A stretch of DNA of 64,000 nt, taken from NCBI GenBank assembly GCA_967789005.1, contig CBRFFM010000015.1, forward strand, positions 2,623-66,622, read 5' to 3'. Under the pieces are notes generated by a model, which saw only the letters and a list, made by a program, of their open reading frames with translations, was not told the origin of the DNA and made no database searches. Source of the stretch: an uncultured bacterium. GTDB lineage: Bacteria; Bacteroidota; Bacteroidia; Cytophagales; Cyclobacteriaceae. Positions 57,325 through 64,000 of this stretch are shown here, one piece after another; the first letter of the stretch is position 1; the number at the start of each line of letters is the position of its first letter. The position numbers were made by a program, and so were the translations under genes.

Positions 57325-58180
57325 ATTTAAACACATCGAAACAAAACTCTTTCAGGTATTCTGCTGCATCATCTTCGCCAGCATCGAGGGCTTTGCGTAA
57401 GCAACGGCAGCCTTCATCTAGTTTCTCTTGCTGAACCAAGGCAATTCCTTTATAAAATATCGCAGAAATATTTTCTGGGTCTATTCTTAAAGCAAGATTC
57501 AAATATTTGACAGCCAGGTCATATTTTTCATCTTCTACACAGAAAGATCCTGCGTAGACGTACGAAGCGGAATAGTTCACGTCAAGTACGATGGCTTTGT
57601 TCAAACATATAAAAGCGCTATCTGTTTTTCCGAGGGCTCGATAAACGGTGCCAAGAGCAGTTTCTATTTCGGCATCGTCATTGAGATTTTTTACAAAAAG
57701 AAAATCTTTCTTGGCAACCTCATTTTCGCCTTTGGCTGCGAGCAAAGTACCTCTCCAAAAAATGAGTTGAGGATTTCCGTTCCCTAATTCTATCGCTTTC
57801 TGCAAATCGATTAATTGACTAGCCTCATCATTTTTTTGTCGATTGATGAGCGCACGCAAAAGTCGGGGTTGTGGGCTTTCAGGAAATTGAGTGATAAATA
57901 AACTTACATCTGCCAGTGCGAGGTCAAAATCGCCTACACTGTAATAACTTACTGCACGCTTGTATAGCGATTTGTAATTGCTCTTGTCTTTCAGTTTTGA
58001 TTCGTCAATGATTTTCGTGTAGAGCTTCGAGGCTTCCTCAAAATTCTCGTGTTTCATCAACGTGTCTGCATCAGCTTCCCATTGAGACCAGCGAGTCTGT
58101 TCGTCTTGCGCAAAGGCAAGACTTGAACATATTAGAATGAGCAAAGTTGTAAAAGAGAGATTCTTACAACGAAAGTGCAA
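57323..58180 (-). CDS. Secreted TPR-repeat protein
   Basis: An in-frame TTG at 58180 gives MHFRCKNLSFTTLLILICSSLAFAQ, a good signal peptide. The ATG at 58264 would add 28 residues read through a palindromic repeat and would overlap typA. Multiple TPR motifs are present. Confidence 0.65.
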   Translation of the reverse strand: MHFRCKNLSFTTLLILICSSLAFAQDEQTRWSQWEADADTLMKHENFEEASKLYTKIIDESKLKDKSNYKSLYKRAVSYYSVGDFDLALADVSLFITQFPESPQPRLLRALINRQKNDEASQLIDLQKAIELGNGNPQLIFWRGTLLAAKGENEVAKKDFLFVKNLNDDAEIETALGTVYRALGKTDSAFICLNKAIVLDVNYSASYVYAGSFCVEDEKYDLAVKYLNLALRIDPENISAIFYKGIALVQQEKLDEGCRCLRKALDAGEDDAAEYLKEFCFDVFK

Positions 58181-58230
58181 GGGCGCAAAGTCCTTGCTAT
58201 TAGTCCTTTGCGCCCTTGCGTCTTTGCGGT
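58175..58230. repeat. Octamer-built palindrome of the CGCAAGG/CTTTGCG family downstream of typA
   Basis: gtgcaagg|gcgcaaag, then a loop, then ctttgcgc|ccttgcgt|ctttgcgg. A 14-bp perfect stem pairs 58177-58190 with 58206-58219. Confidence 0.85.
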
Positions 58231-58256
58231 GAAAAAGATGTTTAGTTATGAAACCC

Positions 58257-60080
58257 TTAAACACTAGTTACCGATTTGTTTCTGTCGCGTTTGCGCTCGT
58301 TTTCGTCCAGATAGATTTTTCTTAAACGAATGGATTTTGGAGTTACTTCAACATACTCATCTGACTGAATGTATTCCAATGCTTCTTCAAGAGAAAATTT
58401 TACCGCAGGGGAGATGCGCATTTTTTCGTCAGATCCGGAAGCGCGCATGTTGGTCAATTTTTTGGTTTTGGTAACGTTAATCACCAAGTCACCAGAGCGA
58501 CTGTGCTCGCCAATTACCTGGCCTGCATAAATCGGTTCACTTGGTTCGATGAAAAACTTTCCGCGGTCTTGCAGGTTGTGCAAGCTGTAAGGAATGGCTT
58601 CGCCAACCTCCATACTGATTAATGATCCGTTAATACGACCTGGGATTTCTCCTTTGTAAGGTTGATAATCTTTGAAGCGGTGAGTAACCACAGCCTCACC
58701 AGCGGTTACGTTCATTAGATAATTTCTCAATCCAATAATTCCGCGAGCCGGCATCTCGAATTTTAAAATCATGCGCTCGCCTTTGGGCTCCATGTTCTTC
58801 ATTTCACCTCTGCGCATAGAAACCGTTTCTATGGCTTTTCCGGCAACATTTTCTGGCAAGTCGATGGTCAACTCTTCAATCGGTTCACATTTCACGCCAT
58901 CAATTTCTCTGATGATTACTTGCGGCTGACCGATTTGTAATTCGTATCCTTCTCTGCGCATCGTTTCAATTAACACCGACAAGTGAAGTACACCGCGGCC
59001 GAATACCATGAAACTATCTGCAGAACCTGTTTCGCCTACGCGAAGGGCAAGGTTCTTTTCCAATTCTTTTTCAAGTCTTTCTTTGATGTGACGTGAAGTA
59101 ACAAATTTTCCTTCTTTTCCATAGAAAGGCGAAGTGTTGATCGTGAAAAGCATGCTCATCGTAGGCTCATCAATTGCAATTGACTTCAATGCTTCCGGTT
59201 TATCAACATCGGCAACAGTATCGCCAATTTCAAAACCTTCAAGGCCAACCAGTGCACAAATTTCACCGGCTTTCACTTCCTCCACTTTCTTTTTCTCGAA
59301 GCCTTCAAAAACGTAAACTTCTTTAATTCTTGTTTTTACAATTGCTCCGGTGTCGCGTTTTACCAAGACAACAAACTGACCGGCCTTAACCGATCCACGC
59401 TGAATTCTTCCAATAGCTATTCGACCGATAAAAGATGAATACTCAAGAGATGTAATCATCAACTGAGTTGGTCCTTCAGAAACTTTTGGTGCAGGAATAT
59501 GTTCGATAACGCCTTCAATCAACGCGTTGATGTCAGTAGTTGGAGTTTTCCAGTCTTTGCTCATCCAGCCTTGCTTTGCCGAACCGTAGAACGTAGGGAA
59601 GTTCAACTGCTCTTCTGTCGCGTCAAGCGCAAACATCAATTCAAATACTTGTTCGTGTACTTCGTCAGGAGTACAGTTTTTCTTGTCTACTTTATTGATA
59701 ACAACAATTGGCTTCAAACCAAGTTGCAGTGCTTTCTGCAATACGAAACGAGTTTGTGGCATAGGGCCTTCGAAAGCATCTACCAGCAACAAACAACCAT
59801 CGGCCATGTTCAATACACGCTCTACTTCACCACCAAAGTCACTGTGACCAGGAGTGTCGATAACGTTGATCTTATAATCATGGTAACGAACAGAAACGTT
59901 TTTCGCCAAAATGGTGATTCCGCGCTCACGCTCGAGGTCATTGCTATCCATGATCAGTTCGCCAGGATTCTCGTGGTCTTTAAAAAGGTGACCTGCATGT
60001 AAAAGTTTGTCAACCAGCGTAGTTTTGCCGTGGTCAACGTGGGCGATAATCGCGATATTCCTGATCTTATTGACTTCCAT
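58257..60080 (-). CDS. typA: Translational GTPase TypA/BipA
   Basis: AHVDHGKTTLVD, DTPGHSDF and NKVD, followed by EF-G-like domains. Confidence 0.95.
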   Translation of the reverse strand: MEVNKIRNIAIIAHVDHGKTTLVDKLLHAGHLFKDHENPGELIMDSNDLERERGITILAKNVSVRYHDYKINVIDTPGHSDFGGEVERVLNMADGCLLLVDAFEGPMPQTRFVLQKALQLGLKPIVVINKVDKKNCTPDEVHEQVFELMFALDATEEQLNFPTFYGSAKQGWMSKDWKTPTTDINALIEGVIEHIPAPKVSEGPTQLMITSLEYSSFIGRIAIGRIQRGSVKAGQFVVLVKRDTGAIVKTRIKEVYVFEGFEKKKVEEVKAGEICALVGLEGFEIGDTVADVDKPEALKSIAIDEPTMSMLFTINTSPFYGKEGKFVTSRHIKERLEKELEKNLALRVGETGSADSFMVFGRGVLHLSVLIETMRREGYELQIGQPQVIIREIDGVKCEPIEELTIDLPENVAGKAIETVSMRRGEMKNMEPKGERMILKFEMPARGIIGLRNYLMNVTAGEAVVTHRFKDYQPYKGEIPGRINGSLISMEVGEAIPYSLHNLQDRGKFFIEPSEPIYAGQVIGEHSRSGDLVINVTKTKKLTNMRASGSDEKMRISPAVKFSLEEALEYIQSDEYVEVTPKSIRLRKIYLDENERKRDRNKSVTSV

Positions 60081-60119
60081 AAATAGTTAAATAATTGCCT
60101 CGAATTTTTTTTGAGGCCG

Positions 60120-60127
60120 CAAAGATA
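60120..60127 (-). promoter_or_regulatory. Candidate -7 box TAtcTTTG for typA
   Basis: The reverse complement of caaagata lies about 40 nt upstream of the typA ATG. Confidence 0.4.
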
Positions 60128-60226
60128 GTGAGAATTGTGCGAGCGACCTCATTTAAAGGGAGCATCAATTGATTAACATCTGATTTAAGTCATTAGGTCC
60201 CGGATTTCAATGTTCTGTCTTTTTTT

Positions 60227-60234
60227 TACCTTTG
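60227..60234 (+). promoter_or_regulatory. Candidate -7 box TAccTTTG for the alpha-oxoamine synthase gene
   Basis: The sequence tacctttg is preceded by a T-run. The 5' UTR would be about 80 nt. Confidence 0.4.
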
Positions 60235-60319
60235 CGGCCAATTCCGATAGGGCCTTTCATTGATTTTTGGCTCAGAACGAAGGATTCAAGCGAAAATTAA
60301 ACTCTAAATACAATAAGCA

Positions 60320-61573
60320 ATGGTTGATTTATTTGAAAAACTGCGCATGGAAGAGGGGCCGTTGGCCAAGTATTCTCACTTACCGGATGATTATTTTTTC
60401 TTTCCTAAGTTGGAAGGAGACATCGGGCCTCGCATGAAGTTTAATGGAAAGACGGTCCTCAACTGGAGCTTGAACAATTATTTAGGTCTAGCCAATCATC
60501 CTGAAGTTCGCAAGGCAGATGCTGATGGCGCTGCTGAATTCGGTCTTGCTGCCCCTATGGGTGCGCGCATGATGAGCGGCAACTCAGTTCATCATCTTGA
60601 ATTAGAAAAACAGCTTTCTGACTTCGTAAAGAAGGAAGATACCATGCTTTTGAACTATGGATATCAAGGAGTACTTTCAATAATCGATGCCTTGGTGAAT
60701 CGTAAGGATGTGATTGTGTACGATGCCGAGTGTCACGCTTGTATCATTGATGGCGTTCGCCTGCACATGGGCAAGCGCTTTGTGTACACGCACAACAATA
60801 TGGAGAACCTGGAGAAACAACTTCAGCGTGCGACCAAATTGGCCAACGAAACAGGTGGTGGGATTTTGGTGATCACTGAAGGTGTATTCGGCATGAGCGG
60901 AAACATGGGTGATTTGAAAGGAATTGTTGAACTGAAAAAGAAATACAATTTCCGTTTGTTTGTTGACGATGCACACGGCTTTGGTTCAATGGGCCCCACA
61001 GGTGCGGGTGTAGGTGAAGAACAAGGTGTACAAGATCAAATCGATTTGTACTTCTCAACTTTCGCAAAATCAATGGCTAGCATTGGTGCATTTGTATCTG
61101 GCGACAAGAAAATATTGAAATTCCTCCGTTACTCTGTTCGTTCTCAGATTTATGCCAAGTCAATTCCAATGCCCCTGATCATCGGTGGTTTGAAGCGTTT
61201 GGAGTTGGTGAAAAAGCATCCTGAATTCAGAGAAAATCTTCACAAAATCATGATGGCCATGAAGAGTGGATTGAAAGCAAGGGGATTCGCTATCAATGAA
61301 ACCCAAACTCCTCCAACACCTGTTCTTTTCAAAGGTGGTGTAGGTGAGGCAGCAAATATGAGCATGGATTTGCGCGAGAATTATGGCATTTTCTGCTCAG
61401 TTGTGATTTATCCGGTGGTTCCAAAAGACGTGATTATGTTCAGAATCATCCCTACGGCCTCACATACAATGGCCGATGTGGAAGAGACGCTTACCGCGTT
61501 TTCTGCCCTAAAAACGAAGCTTGACAGCGGATTTTACCGTAAAGAAGAGCTTGTTTCGGTAACGAAATTTTAA
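60320..61573 (+). CDS. Alpha-oxoamine synthase family PLP enzyme (Kbl/BioF/serine palmitoyltransferase-like)
   Basis: NNYLGLANHPEV, DDAHGFG, and the PLP-lysine region STFAKSMAS. The substrate cannot be assigned from sequence alone. Confidence 0.85.
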   Translation: MVDLFEKLRMEEGPLAKYSHLPDDYFFFPKLEGDIGPRMKFNGKTVLNWSLNNYLGLANHPEVRKADADGAAEFGLAAPMGARMMSGNSVHHLELEKQLSDFVKKEDTMLLNYGYQGVLSIIDALVNRKDVIVYDAECHACIIDGVRLHMGKRFVYTHNNMENLEKQLQRATKLANETGGGILVITEGVFGMSGNMGDLKGIVELKKKYNFRLFVDDAHGFGSMGPTGAGVGEEQGVQDQIDLYFSTFAKSMASIGAFVSGDKKILKFLRYSVRSQIYAKSIPMPLIIGGLKRLELVKKHPEFRENLHKIMMAMKSGLKARGFAINETQTPPTPVLFKGGVGEAANMSMDLRENYGIFCSVVIYPVVPKDVIMFRIIPTASHTMADVEETLTAFSALKTKLDSGFYRKEELVSVTKF

Positions 61574-61661
61574 AAAAGTGGGTTTTTAGCTTGTTTTTAA
61601 AGGTTTTTATTTAACTTGGCGTAAACAAGCAATCCAATTTTTAAAATTAAACCGTATAAAA

Positions 61662-61844
61662 ATGAAAAAATTCGAGGAACTCAAGGCTATGATCGCAATG
61701 ATCGAACAAGATGCCGACAAGTTTTATAACAAAGCTAACAGCGCAGCTGGTACGCGTTTGCGTAAAGGAATGCAGGATTTGAAAAACATAGCACAGCAAA
61801 TTCGCGCTGAAGTTCAGGATTTGAAAAACAAAGAAGCTAAATAA
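61662..61844 (+). CDS. Histone H1-like nucleoid protein (Hc1 family)
   Basis: 60 aa. DADKFYNKANSAAGTRLRKGMQDLKNIAQQIR matches the Hc1 motif. A strong terminator follows. Confidence 0.8.
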   Translation: MKKFEELKAMIAMIEQDADKFYNKANSAAGTRLRKGMQDLKNIAQQIRAEVQDLKNKEAK

Positions 61845-61868
61845 GGTCGCGCAAACCGACTTTGAATG

Positions 61869-61897
61869 AAAGGACAGCATTTTGCTGTCCTTTTTTT
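61869..61897 (+). terminator. Rho-independent terminator of the Hc1-like gene
   Basis: aaaggacagc atttt gctgtccttt followed by T-rich sequence. Confidence 0.85.
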
Positions 61898-62037
61898 GTT
61901 TGTATCTTCAGTAAGAGCATTGTGGTGGCACATGATTTTGTCCAGGCTCCTCGGATAATTCTGAATACGTATTGATGGGTATTGTACTACCACAGGCTGG
62001 CTTCGCAGATTTGTCATAGGCTTTAAATTTTCATCGT

Positions 62038-64000
62038 ATGAGAAAAATTGCTCTTTGCTTAATTCTGGCATCGCCTATTCATTCATGGTGTCAGTTTCAT
62101 GAAAAATTTGATGACAACAAAAACAACTGGCCATCGCATACTGATGATGTCTCAAGCCGGAAAATCGAAAACGGTAAATTTATTTTACAAACATTTGAGG
62201 TTGACAATGGCAGGTTTGTTCAAATGCCTCGTCATTTTAATCCCAATCGAGACTTTACAATGGAGGCCTCATTCACTCAGCAAAGTGGTTCAAATAATAA
62301 TGGCATCGGACTTTATTGGGGGGCCGTCAGTCGCGTAAGCAAACCATACAATCAGCTTTTATTCACCACCAATGGCTATTATAAGTTTGGTGCAACAGGT
62401 CAGGGTGATTGGATTGAAACAACATTGGTTAAGCCAATGGGCCAAGCCAATATTTTGCGGATCGAGAACAAGAAGGGCAATGTTACTTGTTACCTAAACG
62501 GAAACCGCCTTGCCAAACTGGAATTGAAGAGTTATGGATTTCTCGCTGGGTTTCTCAATTACACTAACATGAAATTAGAAGTTGACTATTTTAATTTCGA
62601 TCAGGAAGGTGAGCCCATAAAACTGGTGGAAAATATGCCTCATGGCTTGAAGAAAGAAAATCTTGGAGCGAATGTCAATTCAAAAGGGGAGGACTTGGCG
62701 CCCATTGTTTCTGCAGATGGCAAAACCATTTACTTCGGTCGAGAAGATTATGAGGGCAACACCGGAGGAATGAAGGATGTAGAAGATATCTGGATCACAG
62801 AGTTTAATGGTACCAGTTGGGGCTACGCCAAAAACTTTGGTCCACCCATTAATGATGGTAAGGCAAATAACCTCGCATCGGTGAGTGCAGACAATAACAC
62901 GCTGGTGTTCTCGGGTTCAGATAAATTTAATTTCAGAAAGAGAACCGGAACAGGATGGTCTGATCTGGTGGATGCCGGTATTTACTATATCAACGAATCA
63001 GCAAACCAGGAATCGCAATTGTCATCTGATGGAAAGGCGATGTTGTTCACTGTTAAGAATTCTAAAAACGTGTATTACAATTCGGCCATTGATGAGAAAG
63101 ACATTTATGTTTCGGTGCAAGACAAAAGTGGAAAATGGAGCGAGGCAATGAACTTGGGACCTGTGATCAATACACCGGGAGACGAAACTAGTCCCTTTCT
63201 TTCTTCTGATGGGAGAACATTGTATTTCAGTTCAACAGGTCACCCGGGTTATGGCGGCAATGACATGTTCATTTCAAAACGATTGGGAGATGGATGGGAC
63301 AAATGGTCTGAACCACGCAATCTTGGCCCGGAAATAAACACTCCGTTCTTTGATGCTTATTATACACTTCCTGCATCAGGTGATTATGCTTATATGGTGA
63401 ACAATGTAAACAGTATTGGCATGAGCGATATCTTCAGGATCAAATTGCCCAAAGAAGTAAAACCAGATCCGGTTATTCTGCTATCAGGTCGTGCCCTCAA
63501 TGTTAAAAACAAACAACCTGTAGCCGCTGAAATTTTGCTTGACAATCTTGTCAATGGAAAGGAAGTGGCTGAGGCGAATTCAGATCCTAGTTCCGGTGAA
63601 TTTAAAATTGTTTTACAGCCGGGAGCTAATTACGGTATTCACGCAGCAGCTAAAGGATATCTGTCGGTAAATGAAAACATGGAGTTGGCAACCATTCATG
63701 AATACAAGGAGATGCAAAAAGATTTATTACTGATGCCAATTGAAGTGGGACTGACACTTGCACTGAATAATGTGTTTTTCGAACAAGGCAAGCCAACGCT
63801 TCGAAAAGAATCTTATCCGGAACTTGATCGATTAGTGCAAATCATGATTGATAATCCGAAAATGCAAATCGAATTGGCGGGTCATACTGATAATGTTGGT
63901 AATGGAACAGCCCTGATGAAACTTTCGCAAGACAGAGTGGATGTAGTTAAAAAGTATTTAGAAGATCACTCTATTTCAGCACATCGCATTGCTGGTCGAG
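62038..64000 (+). CDS. OmpA-family protein with PD40 repeats (3' end outside the window); paralogue of 37392..39338
   Basis: The frame is open from ATG 62038 to the window edge and is absent from the track because it has no stop. It has a signal peptide MRKIALCLILASP, PD40-like repeats (SPFLSSDGRTLYFSS...GGNDMF), a carboxypeptidase-regulatory-like segment, and the start of an OmpA domain (LAGHTDNVGN). Confidence 0.85.
   Translation, partial: MRKIALCLILASPIHSWCQFHEKFDDNKNNWPSHTDDVSSRKIENGKFILQTFEVDNGRFVQMPRHFNPNRDFTMEASFTQQSGSNNNGIGLYWGAVSRVSKPYNQLLFTTNGYYKFGATGQGDWIETTLVKPMGQANILRIENKKGNVTCYLNGNRLAKLELKSYGFLAGFLNYTNMKLEVDYFNFDQEGEPIKLVENMPHGLKKENLGANVNSKGEDLAPIVSADGKTIYFGREDYEGNTGGMKDVEDIWITEFNGTSWGYAKNFGPPINDGKANNLASVSADNNTLVFSGSDKFNFRKRTGTGWSDLVDAGIYYINESANQESQLSSDGKAMLFTVKNSKNVYYNSAIDEKDIYVSVQDKSGKWSEAMNLGPVINTPGDETSPFLSSDGRTLYFSSTGHPGYGGNDMFISKRLGDGWDKWSEPRNLGPEINTPFFDAYYTLPASGDYAYMVNNVNSIGMSDIFRIKLPKEVKPDPVILLSGRALNVKNKQPVAAEILLDNLVNGKEVAEANSDPSSGEFKIVLQPGANYGIHAAAKGYLSVNENMELATIHEYKEMQKDLLLMPIEVGLTLALNNVFFEQGKPTLRKESYPELDRLVQIMIDNPKMQIELAGHTDNVGNGTALMKLSQDRVDVVKKYLEDHSISAHRIAGR

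Noticed and set aside
60115-60239. 10-nt inverted repeat ggccgcaaag ... ctttgcggcc 105 nt apart in the typA / alpha-oxoamine synthase divergent region, considered as a riboswitch or long-range structure
   Set aside because: Each copy coincides with a TAnnTTTG -7 box on its own strand (TAtcTTTG for typA, TAccTTTG for the synthase). Two divergent promoters explain the symmetry. The two halves would not be on the same transcript.
61647-61880. 77-aa minus-strand ORF
   Set aside because: It is antisense to the Hc1-like gene, which has a recognisable family motif and its own terminator.
62099-62338. 79-aa ORF, and the 88-aa ORF at 62885-63151
   Set aside because: Both are out of frame inside the long open frame starting at 62038, which has clear PD40/OmpA motifs.

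Overview
This window is a chromosomal segment from a Bacteroidota genome, probably a Cytophagales- or Flavobacteriia-like organism. The assignment rests on TAnnTTTG -7 promoter boxes, an Hc1 histone-like gene, GxxExxY, DUF4421 and DUF4288 genes, many TPR and OmpA-PD40 envelope proteins, and roughly 40% GC. About 62 protein-coding genes are dense on both strands. Most are housekeeping genes: glyQS, dGTPase, holB, rpmE2, tilS, gmhA, lon, hslU, atpD, atpC, dxr, rseP and typA. The rest are envelope and regulatory genes: an MMPL exporter, an MsbA-like ABC transporter, a LiaF-like/DUF4288/LytS/LytTR module, a DinB/YciI/ECF-like sigma operon, an AraC regulator and an orphan histidine kinase. I found no rRNA, tRNA, CRISPR array, transposase or integrase.

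Three things stand out. (1) Many intergenic spacers are not random AT-rich DNA. They consist of degenerate 7- or 8-nt tandem units, often arranged as two inverted arms that would form long imperfect hairpins. Several sequence families recur at unlinked loci in the window. One such pair brackets a frameshifted GxxExxY gene, and another fills the atpD-atpC spacer. (2) Just downstream of atpDC lies a translationally coupled four-gene envelope cluster: a secreted protein, a signal-peptide-bearing YidD-like protein, and two paralogous TPR proteins with TM2-like membrane anchors. It sits next to a canonical TM2-domain gene and has no function I can assign. (3) Smaller items are a DUF433/DUF5615 toxin-antitoxin-like pair, hslU following lon with no hslV, an unlisted 54-aa PLDc_N micro-ORF overlapping the tilS 3' end, and an A10 tract inside the LiaF-like gene.

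All functional calls are motif recognition by eye. No database search was run.
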